From: Takakia lepidozioides
Taxonomy: Eukaryota; Plantae; Bryophyta
Assembly: GCA_030704615.1 (NCBI GenBank)
Contig: CM060731.1
Location: 30,318,001-30,382,000, forward strand
DNA length: 64,000 nucleotides
Direction of reading: 5' to 3'
The notes under the pieces are model-generated. The model did not search any database, had not been told where the DNA came from, and was given only the letters and a program-made list of their open reading frames with translations. Position numbers and translations under genes: made by a program. This document shows, piece after piece, positions 13,501 to 24,470 of this stretch. The stretch's first letter is position 1. Each line of letters starts with the position of its first letter.

Positions 13501-14080
13501 CACTCCTGCAATTAGACAAACCTTTCAGAGACTGTAGCTTGGGAATGACACTTGTAATCTCCAGAACATCTGCGTCGACATAAGCACTCGGGTTTGGCGG
13601 TGCAGGGATATCCGAAATGTCCTCATCCGAGCTTTCGGAGAGCTCCACGAATGTAGTGGGAATGCTAGTCTCTTTCTTTTTTATGGGAGCAGGTGTGAAG
13701 GCTGGAGCCACCGAAGCAGCTGTTCCGGGCGTCAAGATGGAACTTGCAGACAGACGTCTTTGATCCCCGTGAACACGGTAGTTGCCCGTCGGAACTCTCC
13801 ATTCTCTACGACTCCCAACCATATCTGGCTCCAGTATCAACATGCTATCAACCTTACTGGAATCATCGTCCACTTCTTTCTCAAACATGGACAATTTCAA
13901 CTTCAAGTTCCAAGTTTCTACAAACACGTCCTCCTGCACAACAACAAGACCATCTCCACCCGCGACCTTGCAAATGGGCCTTGAATGGGACGCACAGTAG
14001 AACTTTGCTATGTCCGCTGTGGGATTCATTGCGCAAGTGGGTGTAGGTAATGTGCAGTGCATAGGACGGAGTACGTGCAC
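10512..14080 (-). pseudogene. MULE-type transposase (GCM/WRKY-like Zn DNA-binding domain, DDE core, C-terminal SWIM finger), disrupted
   Basis: Successive ORFs give DGHPWCRTKTSN..CRFC..C..IHLGNHDHP (GCM-like), LMFDHVKR (first D), FMADSA (second D), CLFHW (CxxH), CNL/SETVHNVW (E) and CTCPDF..CKHLYY (SWIM). In-frame stops occur at 12953 and 12341, plus several frameshifts. Confidence 0.88.
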
Positions 14081-14184
14081 TGAAGAACTTATGAATACAA
14101 GCTAGTACGAATCCTCACAGACGTAATATCTGTTGCAATGATGCCAAGAATGTACTGCAAAAGGATGAGGATGTCAGAATTGCA

Positions 14185-14240
14185 CACGTCAGTGACGTCA
14201 CGTCGGACCTGAAGCTGACGCGACCAACGTCACGTCAGTT
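14185..14240. promoter_or_regulatory. ACGT-core (TGACGT/CACGT) cluster upstream of the transposase
   Basis: CACGTCAGTGACGTCACGTCGG...TGACGCGACCAACGTCACGTCAG, mirrored by the cluster at 15315-15390. Confidence 0.45.
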
Positions 14241-14400
14241 TTGTCGAAAATTTAGTAAAACATGAGTTAGGTAAAAATTATGCCACGTAGGTGGACACAT
14301 TGTATTCCAAGCGACACCTTGGCAAGTGAATGAATTGTTTTATAAATTACTCCATCCGCCAGTATTTGAGGTTATTTTTAAATCATTATTGTTAAATTGG

Positions 14401-15170
14401 TGCGACCTCCAAATGGTGGTGGTCGCAAAATTTATCTTAATTTTTAATAGTTGCGACCACCAGCAGAGGGGTTGTCGCAGCATTTTTGTTTTTTAAAAAT
14501 AGATACGACCACCAGCAGGGGTGGTTGCATTTTTTTCTTTTCTTAAACAGTTGCGACCACCGCTACTGGTGGTCGCACAATTTTTATTTTATTTGTAATA
14601 GGTGCCACCACCATCAGGGGGGTGGTCGCAACATTTTTCTATTTTTTAATATCTGCGACCACCAACATAGGGGTGGTCGCAGCATTTTTCTGTTTTTTTA
14701 ATAAGTGCGACTACCAACAGGGGGGTGGTCGCAGCAATTTTTTATGTTTTTATGTTTTTATTTTTTATTTTTTCCCCCCCCCTTAAGATAATCTTTGTGA
14801 CCACGAGCATGGGGGTGGTCGCACCATTTTTCTTTTTTTAAATAGGTGCGACCACCAGCAGGGGGGTGGTCGCAACAATTTTCTGTTTTTTAATATCTGC
14901 GACCACCAACATGAGGGTGGTCGCAACAGTTTTAAAAAAAAAATAACATGCGACTTCCTCGCACCCAATTTAAAAAGAAGAAAAAATGTGCGACCACCCT
15001 CTGCTTGTGGTCGCACCTATTAAAAAAAATGAAAATGATGCGACCACCATCTGCTGGTTGTCGCACCCATTTAAAAAATAAGAAAAAATATGCGATCACC
15101 CCCTTCTGGTGGTCGCACCTATTTTTAGAAAAAAAAACAATTGTCCGACCAACCGTTGCTGACGGTCGCA
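14401..15170. repeat. Array of about 15 palindromic units TGCGACCACC-N6-8-GGTGGTCGCA with A/T-tract linkers, period about 51 bp
   Basis: Units start near 14401, 14452, 14504, 14552, 14603, 14654, 14706, 14796, 14847, 14898, 14949 (degenerate), 14989, 15039, 15091 and 15144. Linker polarity flips from T-rich to A-rich near 14930. Confidence 0.95.
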
Positions 15171-15314
15171 TGATTGATAATATAAATCATAATATATGAA
15201 TTTTACAGATAAATAATGAAGTCCACGTAATGAGGCCACATCGGTTGCCACGTCGGTTCTCATAGTAATTAGTCAATAATAAAGTAAAAGAATAAACATA
15301 TTTATGTACAATAA

Positions 15315-15390
15315 CGTCCGTTTAGGATGTGACGTGACGCACGTCCGTCGCTGACGTGACGTTGACGCGTCAACGCCACGTCACGTCCAA
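15315..15390. promoter_or_regulatory. ACGT-core cluster upstream of the ParB-MTase gene
   Basis: GTGACGTGACGCACGT...CTGACGTGACGTTGACGCGTCAACGCCACGTCACGT. Its reverse complement shares TGACGCG..CAACGTCACGTCAG with the left cluster. Confidence 0.45.
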
Positions 15391-16534
15391 ATTTGCAACT
15401 ACGGAGGATGTCCGGCACTGACCGGCGCTTGATACTATCAAAAGAATGATCATGGCCACTACACGTCAGTGCCTATACAAGCAGCGATTGCCCAAGAGCC
15501 AAGGGTTAAATGGACCACATTGATTTTTGCGCGTTCATACCGTTGAGTTTGACCGTTACATTGAGGGCATATCGGAAAAGGTATCCAATGCATTGCATGT
15601 GCCAAATTTAGCGACAACTGACGTGTCACCGCTGCACACATGTTATGGCATACGCCGACATCCAGGGTGGATGAAGAAGTGCACATAACACATCAGGAAG
15701 AAGCCCTATATGAACAATGTAACGAAAGTTGCGGACAAGACCTTTTCCATTCATCCCCAAACCCCAATCGTCATTTGAAGTACCCCTCTGCAAAGCACCG
15801 TCCTTTCAGAGAGAGTGACCATGCGGAGTGCCTAGCAAGCTGGAGGGGTTTAGCACAGATAGGAGTGCGTTCAAGCGTCGCAGAAGGAGGCAGTCTTTGT
15901 ATTTCACTACCGAGAGAGAGCGAAGGAAAGCACATGAGAGAATGAAGGGCAAGAGGTTAGGACGAGTGTTCGAAAAAATGGCTATGGCATCTAGTAGAGA
16001 AAAAGATCAGGAAGAGGGAGAGTTTGTTTCACTTGCAGGAGAACAGAGCGAAGACAAGGGAACACAGACGGGAGCAGGGCACGATGCCGAGGCTCAAACC
16101 GAAGACGAGCAGATGGATGATGCAGGAACGCAATCTATGTTGGCACCGGACGATTTGAGTTTTTCTCCACTCCATTCCCTGCAAGAGGCCCAAGAAGAAG
16201 CAATACAAGTCGAGGTGAGAAAACCCTAAGCCATTGCCCATGTACTTGTACACTGTGCATTGTATTCTCTTCATGTCTAACTATTCTGCTCACTTGCAGC
16301 CTCTACGAGAGAAGGTCGCGGCAATGGAGAAGGGGAACAAAAGGGATGGATCAGCACCATCAGGCCAAGGCGAGCACCCGACAGAGGTAAATATTTGCTC
16401 CCTGCTTCTGTGTGAGAGCACACTGTCCATGGTTGTGTCAACGAAACCCTGAATAGCCTTTCCATCTGAAACACTTCAAGTTTGCATAGGGTAGTTCAGT
16501 AGAGAAGCATGATACACGGAACAAACATCCAGCA

Positions 16535-19500
16535 CAGGCTTGCGTTGACGCAAGCCTGATTTGGTTATTCCCAGAACTTTGAGTTTATATCGATTTGAGT
16601 CTCTCAATCTAAACATAGTTTGAGAGATAGCGAGGTAAGCAGGCACACAGACCAGGCTTGCGTGATTTGGTTATTCCCAGAACTTTGAGTTTATATCGAT
16701 TTGAGTCTCTCAATCTAAACATAGTTTGAGAGATAGCGAGGTAAGCAGGCACACAGACCAGGCTTGCGTTGACGCAAGCCTGAAGTTTAGTCCATACAAA
16801 CCTATGCAGGAGCCAGAATCTGTGTCAGTCTATTTGTGAGCCCTGTTGTGTGTCTAAGAAAAAGAAAACATCCTTTGTGAGAGAATCTTTTCGATGTCCC
16901 ATCCATGCTTGCGTCAACAAAATGATGTAGATCTCAACCTGTTTGGGGTTGTCAAACGGTCCTTTGAAGACCTCCATGTCATGCTTGCGTTAACGCAAGG
17001 CTGATCTTATGGATCACAGAATCCCGCCTTTGATCTGATAATATATTTCTTGTTTCTAATGAGCAGAAGAAGAGGAGAAAGGGCAAAGGCCCTGTTGCAG
17101 CGACAGCAGTCCAGACAGAAGTGCAAGACACAGATATGGATTACAAAGGCATGGCCATCAAGATAAGGTCAGGCTCGAAAGTGAAATCTGGACAGGTAAT
17201 CCAATCCATGATGGTTATGGAGGTGAACCTCATGGTACCCCTCTACAGGATGATATCAATGCCTGCTGTTCGTCCTGCCCTGACCGGGGATATCAGGAAG
17301 CTTCAAGGAGATTTTGTGCACGGGTATGTGTTTGGAACCCCAGTCTTTTACATTTCTGTTGGAGACTCCAATGGGAACGAGAGACTGGTAGACGACGACA
17401 TCGAGGGCAAGTGGGATGAGTGCTGGAGGGAAGTGAATTTGGAATTCGAACAGTCTCTGTCCAGGAGTCCGGAGTTGCAGGTGTACAGTAACAAGATGTT
17501 CTTTGTTTGGGACGGGAACCACTGCCTGCTTGCTTGGATGGAGTACATTGAATCTATGCATCGAGAGGAGAAAGATTGGCATTACTCCGTCACGGCGTGC
17601 GTTTTGGATCCGAAGGGAAACTACACACAGCTACTAACAGCCATGCATGATATAAACAAGTAAGTTCTCTTCAACCACCAGATTCTGATGCAACCTCAAA
17701 TGTTATTATTTGCCATTAAAACCTTTTCTCACACTCGGTTTGATGGTGCAGGCAGACAGAGTCTTCCCATGTCACCACAAACTTGGTACACACATTATTC
17801 AAGATGCAAAAGCTAGGACGGATGCCATCATCCAGCTTCAAGACTATTCTTTCACCCGAGGGCTTCGAGAAGTGCGAGACCTCCAAAAGGGCAGAGACAT
17901 GGTACACACTCACGAGGGATGCGTTCCTGGAGTACATGTACATGGTAGGTCCTGCAAAAAGCCGTTTTTTATCATTCATATGTACTCATGTTCAGGCTTG
18001 TGTCAACGCAAGCCCGAATCATTGTGAAGTTTAGATTCAGGTACCTATTGCACATTTGGGAGTCTGACCTTTTTAACATTGCCTTTGGGTTGGATAGCAA
18101 GAAATTGCTGATGCGGGAGAGAGGGGAAAAGCGGAATATTACGGAAAAACTCCACAAAGTGAACGCACTGCCTACGGTATTGAGGCGGCAGTGACCTTCT
18201 ACATGAACGAATTCCGCGGGAAGGTGGTGACTGCGTTCACCAAACAACTGCGCATAGTTGATCCTGGTCTTGGCCCTCAGTTTCTGGATGAGGTTCGCAT
18301 TCATTGGAGCAAGACAACAAAGCCTGAAATGACACAAGAGAAGCTGCACAGGCTTGCCATGGCAATGGTGGAGCCAGCAGTGAAAATACGGTGGCTTCAA
18401 ATTTGGAACTCTGAGCCTGTTCTACGGCAAACAAATAGTTTTCCCATGGGCGAGAAGAATGCCACCACTGGAGTCGTCACCCCTTTCAGTGACCAAGTGT
18501 GGGACATCTGGCTTCATAAAGCCACATTCTGGGCGCAGGTAAGAATATCATGACGCAGGTCTTCAATGTCTGTGTTGAATGTCTTTGAGTGCATTCGCAA
18601 AATCTAACCAAGTTATTTGAGGGCTGAGGAGGTTATGGAGAAATCTCTAACAGACTTCAAGATAGTCGTTGCTACACCCGATGAGTCATTTGAGACCTGG
18701 ATAAGGAGGTGGAAAGGGATCGTTTGGGACCATGCATTCTTCCGCGAATTCGCTGTGGATGGTGGGATTAACCGTTCGAATTTGTTCGATGCGCAGTAGG
18801 CGATGAAGCGAGTCATATACAGGTTTCATTTCATGCATTTTAATGTTGTGAGCTGTTCTTTAAGATATAAGCTGCCTCTATTGAGGCTTGCGTTAACACA
18901 AGCCTGTGGACCCTGCTACTCATGGCTTGCATTCTCCCCAGTGTCTTTGGGCTAGGATCAGGTTTGCGTTGACGCAAACCTGTCTAGTGTGTGGAATAGA
19001 TATTGGTAGTTTGAACCAAGTATTAGGAAGGGGTATGTTGTGAGAATTTTAAGTACAGTTATGGAGTGTTTCCTGCGTGCAAAACTGTGAGGCAACGGGA
19101 CTTTTACCGGGTCTGCATGAGGCTTGCGTTGACGCAAGCCTGTTTGATGGCAGCCCACGACCTGAGTGATAAAATGATTTCTTAAGTGTCAAACTCTTGT
19201 TTCAGAACCTGAAAGAGGCTTTCGTTGACGCAATGATGAGTTTAGCTTGCACTTGGATTGTTGTTAAGTGTTACAACAAAAGGATGGAGCCTGCTATCAC
19301 GTCTTTCTATGACCTCTCCTGTTTTTTGTTGTTTTTGTTTTCGCAAATATATCCACAGAGTGTTTTTTCCAGGCTCCTACACATTCTTCATTGACAGCAG
19401 GGCAAAGACAAATCCCGACACAACAATGTACACAGCGGGCATTCTGGAGGACTGGAGCAGGTCTCATTTCAAAGACTGTGGGTGGTACCTTGATTGCCCG

Positions 19501-20464
19501 AAACAATGGACACCCTGGGAGGAGAACGTCCTGTGAAACTTGAATGACAATGCAGAGGCTCTTGCTCCTTTGACAGATAGGCAGCTACAGCTGAGAGATC
19601 TCCGGCTTCTCAAAGCAAAGGAACCACTTGTAAATCAGAGCCCAAAAAAGAAGGGTGGAAATAAGAAGGACAAAAAGAAAGAGGGCAACAAAGTCAGGCA
19701 GCGGCTGCTGTGGCAGGAGGGGCTCAGAGGGGTTCACAACTGGCTCTGTTGGACAAACCATACGAGGCCCTACCTAACCCTGGCAAAGGTGTGGCCACAG
19801 GATACCAACACAAGACAGTCAACGAAAGCTTCTTGGACATGATGGAATCAAGGAGGAAAGGCGGCATAGTCAAAGAGAAGTCCCCAACTTGGGAGACATT
19901 GTCTTCATTCCTCACTCTGGTAAATTCCTTATCCACTCCCCTACTTGTCATTTGGTTCTTGCAGTGTGGTCAAATGTCCTTTGAATTGGATTGCTTTGGG
20001 GGGTGAAGGCTGGGAAAGGCCCATCGTGGATGAACGGAGAGAAAAAACCCTTTGCCTGCGAGCTCGTTGTTGTGGACATTCCAGACGGGCTTCCAGTCCC
20101 AGATCTTCCACCGAAAGGTATCACTCCAGCTTGGAATGAATGGGACGAGCGCTACTGCCCCTGGGTCTTCAAGTTCTGTGGGAACTTCTTGGCTGACAAT
20201 GGGTGTTTGCTCATCCTACAAGCTGCCAATGCAAAGTGCCGACAACTACTGTCCAGTTTCCTGAAGTCTGGTGGGATGAAGGTGATTAAAAGCTGGAATG
20301 GAGTTAATAGTCACCCACTTACAAAGGGGGACTTCCCAGGCCAGAAGGTATGTCGTATCCTCCATTTCATTAAATCTTGTAGAAATGTTTCCCGTGTTTG
20401 GATAGCTTTATTTTCCTTCTGCACTGTCAATCTTCTATTGCATCCTTGCGTTGACGAAATCGTA
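16535..20464. repeat. Dispersed 24-bp palindrome CAGGCTTGCGT-NN-ACGCAAGCCTG in introns of the ParB-MTase gene
   Basis: Full or near-full copies at 16535, 16759, 16980, 17993, 18883, 18959 and 19119. Partial copies at 16653, 16904, 19215 and 20441. Confidence 0.9.
16558..16769. repeat. 106-bp tandem duplication within an intron
   Basis: 16558-16663 is repeated at 16664-16769, and the breakpoints fall inside the 24-bp palindrome. Confidence 0.9.
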
Positions 20465-23400
20465 GTGCAAGGTTGTCATCTACTACCTACCTTGATGTTG
20501 CCTTGGCGCTCACCTCACTGAGTCCGGTGTTTTCATTTCGTAGATACAAGCTTTTGATGCACACTGTCTCGTAAGAGAACGCCACCCATCCACACTGTCA
20601 TCCGTTAAGGAGAACGCATGTTGACTCGTCCTGCGATCCCATGGATGATGATTTTATCTACAACTACATGGACGCCTCACTTATTGTGTTGCGGAATTCC
20701 AGAGAGCCATGGACAGGTGCACGGAAAAAGAGTCCTGCATCCATGCAGACAGTCATCGAGTCTTGTAGTGTTGAAGGGTCCCGTGTTGTTGACCTCACTC
20801 TTGGAACAGGTTCGGGCCTTCACACTCTAGCAATAATCTGCCTTCATTGTTGTAGTTCGAAAGTGCAGGTTCGTGCTCATATCATGGCTCATTTGGTTTA
20901 TTCGTCTGGTAGGGGCATCGTTCCATGCCTGCAAGGCTGCTGGAAGGCATCTGTTCGCCTTTGAGGGGGATGGAGAGCTGTACAAAGAGGTAATTGTTCC
21001 CCTCCATGAGGGCTCCACCTCAGGTACCCAGACAGATGTCGTTGTCGCAGCAGTGCCGTTGGAACACGAGGACATCAAAATTGACGACGATTTTGATTGT
21101 GAGTAAGTCGTATGTTTTTTTTTCTTTGCATGGGACTCCGTTGTGGCGTCGGAATTGGGGATTCTCATGAATGTTTGCAATGTTTTGCAGGAGCCCAACT
21201 ACGCCTAGGTTCCTCCCTTTCTTTGCGAACCCGGACTTCTTTCCAAGTCCGCCACCCATGCTTGAATTGCCATGTTATGCTGAGGCTGCAACAAGAACAT
21301 TTGCTCTCGAAACATCTCCCCCTAGACAGGTTTGTGGCAGGAATGGACGTGTGCATAGTGGGGCTATGGTGTTCATTGATAGTTGTGCTTCAGTTTCCAA
21401 TGCAAGCTCCTCTACCAGTGGATCTGGACAATCAAAATGACCCATAAATTTTCGGACTTTCTATGGATAATGAAGCAATATCGACTTCTATGGTTTCAGT
21501 AATGCCTATGACTCTCGACCTGTTCTTCTTTTCAAAACTTCCTTCTTCATGTATGTTTGTTCATCCATCCTACAGACGTCGACAATAGAAAATCTCAATA
21601 TCCACATTATTTTCAAACATTCATCCAATGATATGAGCATGCATTAATCCATCAATATGCCTGATTGCATCCCTGAACATCCAAAATTCATCCAACATTC
21701 ATTCATCAAACTCACACCATCCACCAAAATTTCATCTAGCTTCCTTCATTTATCATCCATCAACTTTCATCCATTATTCATCCAACATCCACCCTCCATT
21801 CATCCGCATTCCATCCGCTTGCTGCCATTGTCTCTACTACGTTGTTGCAAACTACTGCCTCGTTGTGTGCAGACTTTCCTGCGGATACAGGTCCCGCATG
21901 GTTTTTCCATCCGCGGTTACAGGCCCTTGCAGTGACATTCATCCTCATCCATGAGAATCTTACCGCTCACGGATTGGTATCTTTCCGCTCACATGAGCCG
22001 CTCACAGTTTAGCATCCCCCTACATTTCCAGCATTCAAATGCTTCACAAAGTTTGATTAAAAAAAAAAAATCTGGGATGGTTAGATCCATAGGTGGCGCC
22101 ACCTGATCATGTCGTCTACTGCAAGTTATTGAGGGATGGGGACTCTATACTTTTGTCGGCGTGGTTGGATACTGTATGAAATATGTCGATGAACCTTACT
22201 TTCGGTTTATGTATAAGGGCGTTACTGCTTAACACATGCAACAGGGTATGGATGAGTACATCAAATATGGAGCCTCTACATAAAAAAAAAATGTTTGTTT
22301 GTCACATCAGAATATTTTGGAACGTGCACAAAACACAAGATGTATAGACAAATTGCATCAATTCTTCCAGCTGTCCTTCCTCATATGTTGCAATCTGGAC
22401 AGTTTTATCCTGTAGTAGGATATGTGGTTCCTTTAAAAAACAATGGCATGGATTTCCATCGCTCGCAATCAATTTGGAAATCAAATGCAAAACTTGAGAT
22501 AATCGTGAAGTGTATTGGTGTTCTTCATGTGAAGCTTTAGAAGGTTTTCGAACGTGAAGAAGTTTCTGGCAATTGACCGATAGTATCCGTACGTCCCAAA
22601 TCTTGAAGCATTGAAATTGGGGATGATGTCTTGTAAAAAAAACGTGATATATCCACGATTTCAAGCTTCTGTGGTGAAACCATTGAATTTCAAATTGATT
22701 GCGAGCGATGGAAATCCAGGCCACTGTTTTTTAAAGGAACCACCCACCCTGCTGCAGGATAAAACTGTCCAATCACAACATATTACGAAAAAGGAGGAAG
22801 AGTTGTTGCAATTTGTCTATACATCTTGTGTTTTTGCCACATTTGTGCACACTCCAAAATATTTTGGTGTGACAAACAAACCCTATTTTTGATGCAAAGG
22901 CTCATATTTTAGAATTCATCCATACCCTGTTGCATCTGATCAGCAGTACCACCCTTATACACAAACCGAGAGTGAGGTTCATCGACATCTTTCATACAGT
23001 ATCCAACCATGCCAACAAAAGGAGTCCCCTATCCCTCAACAACTTGCAATGGACGACATGACCAGGTGGAGCCACTTATGGATCTAACCATCCCAAAAAA
23101 AATTTAATCAGTTGGTGAATCATTTGAATGCTGAAAGTGTATACCTGATAAACCATCTAGATGTGCAGGTGCAAGAGAGTGCCATCTTTTTCTAAAGTGC
23201 ACAAACCCACCACACAACTATCATATATGAACTGTTCCATTTCCCTAAACAGTCTTGATCAATATATGTTTCTCCAACGTCGATCATAAACACTAGTTTG
23301 CAAAAATTTCGCTTTGGCTTCTTGCTTCCTATCTCTATTTTTGGTTTTAGACCTCTTTGGTTCGGAGCATTCTATTGATCTTTCCCTTCATTCTGAGCAG

Positions 23401-24394
23401 GTCCCTTCATCCTTGCAATGGCTTTTCAGAATCCCCATGTAGCGGACAGAACGTCGGTCTCCAGATCCGTGCAAAACATAGGGTCGTGGCGGTGGCGGTG
23501 TCGGTTATACCACGTGAGACTTCTGGAAGCCTAGTTACGGCAGTTGCTGACCGCCTTAATAAGTGCCCCAAGTTTCCCTTTCTGGGTCCCATAAGGACCA
23601 TCCACGAACAAATCTCCCGATAAACTGGGTCTAGTTTTGCACACCCTTCTTCTAGTTAGCCTTAATAAAGATTTTTTGTTCTGGGTCTTGATAAATCTTT
23701 TCTATTTTCTGGACCATTGTTGAATATTCACACCTCACACAAACCTGGGGCCTTATTCATATGAAGCACAACACGCTCTTTAAATTGCAATGTAGTTGTG
23801 ATGTATAACATGAAGCAATACACATGGACATCCATTGGATTTTTTCTACTTGGATGACAAACTAGGGCCAATGATGGTGGTATGATGGGTTTGGTCAGCG
23901 GTCTTAGTTTGGTTGCAAAAGTCTAGACAAGCTTTTAGAACATGTTCCAATTCCATCAGTTTGGAAGAAATTGTGAGACTTACATGACTTCTTCTTTCCT
24001 TTTCATGAGATGAAATTGTATCCTCATATTGCCACAAATGAGTACTTAATTGTTGACTCAAACCTCTTAAAGTAAGGTGCCTAATTCAATCTACTATCCG
24101 TTGTACGTGATTTCATGACTTCATGGATATGTTTTATTCTTGGGATCATTTGTTCAAAGACAGTGTCTTATTAACTATTCACTGATGAGCTTTGAGCCAT
24201 AGACATATATATATGTATGACGCCAGCCGTAGCCAACGTAACTAAGAGCCTCTTCCCCTTGGTGGCCGCAAATGTGGAAACTTGTGAAAGAATTTATAAA
24301 ATCTTGCGACACGTGTGCTAGAGCGAATATCACAAGAGGAAACTCACCCCCAAATGGACAGGTCACAAAACAAATTATACACACATGACAAAGT

Positions 24395-24470
24395 AGTTGT
24401 AGGAATTGAACCCCGAAGTATGCCCTATCGAGGGGTGAGCTCTAAGAGAATCAGCTGGCTAGCTGACCAC
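24395..24470 (-). mobile_element. Possible degenerate tRNA-derived SINE head
   Basis: The minus strand has an A-box-like TGGTCAGCTAG and a B-box-like GGTTCAATTCC about 45 nt apart. No cloverleaf is evident. Confidence 0.25.

Larger units (their letters stand above)
15942..21440 (+). pseudogene. Multi-exon ParB/Srx-like domain + beta-class N6A/N4C DNA methyltransferase-like fusion gene, disrupted
   Basis: Approximate GT-AG exons: 15942-16214, 16300-16386, 17067-17659, 17752-17944, 18098-18538, ~18611-18822, ~19373-19919, ~19965-20347, ~20544-20809, ~20913-21103 and ~21190-21440. ParB-like: VRPALTGDIRKLQGDFVHGY...FVWDGNH(C)LLAW. MTase-like: ELVVVDIPDG (motif IV position), FLADNGCLLI, KKSPASMQTVIESCSVEGSRVVDLTLGTGASFHACKAAGRHLFAFEGD (motifs X-I-II). 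Stops at 18797 and 19534, plus frameshifts. Confidence 0.8.
9831..22020. mobile_element. Mutator-like DNA transposon with degenerate TIRs, 12,190 bp, carrying a ParB-MTase cargo gene
   Basis: Exact 9-bp direct repeat TACATTTCC at 9822-9830 and 22021-22029; removing the element restores a continuous foldback arm. Both ends start with G and carry GTGAGC(G/A) repeats in inverted orientation. A MULE-type transposase lies inside. Confidence 0.92.
9355..23632. mobile_element. Foldback/MITE-like element with about 950-bp inverted arms, interrupted by the 12.2-kb MULE
   Basis: 9355-9830 joined to 22030-~22510 is the diverged reverse complement of ~22650-23632 (e.g. GGCACTTATTAAGGCG vs CGCCTTAATAAGTGCC; CAAGATGTATAGACAAATTGCA vs TGCAATTTGTCTATACATCTTG). 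No coding capacity or TSD was seen. Confidence 0.85.

Noticed and set aside
14401-15170. CRISPR array
   Set aside because: The spacers are short, mutually similar A/T tracts rather than unique sequences, the repeat loops vary, orientation flips, no cas genes are present and the context is eukaryotic.
15942-21440. Bacterial or phage contamination explaining the ParB-MTase
   Set aside because: The gene is split by GT-AG introns and lies inside a TSD-bounded MULE among plant genes.
9355-23632. Outer ~470-bp inverted repeats as the TIRs of the transposase-bearing element
   Set aside because: The left arm continues at 22030 after the 9-bp TSD, so these arms belong to an older foldback element that was interrupted.
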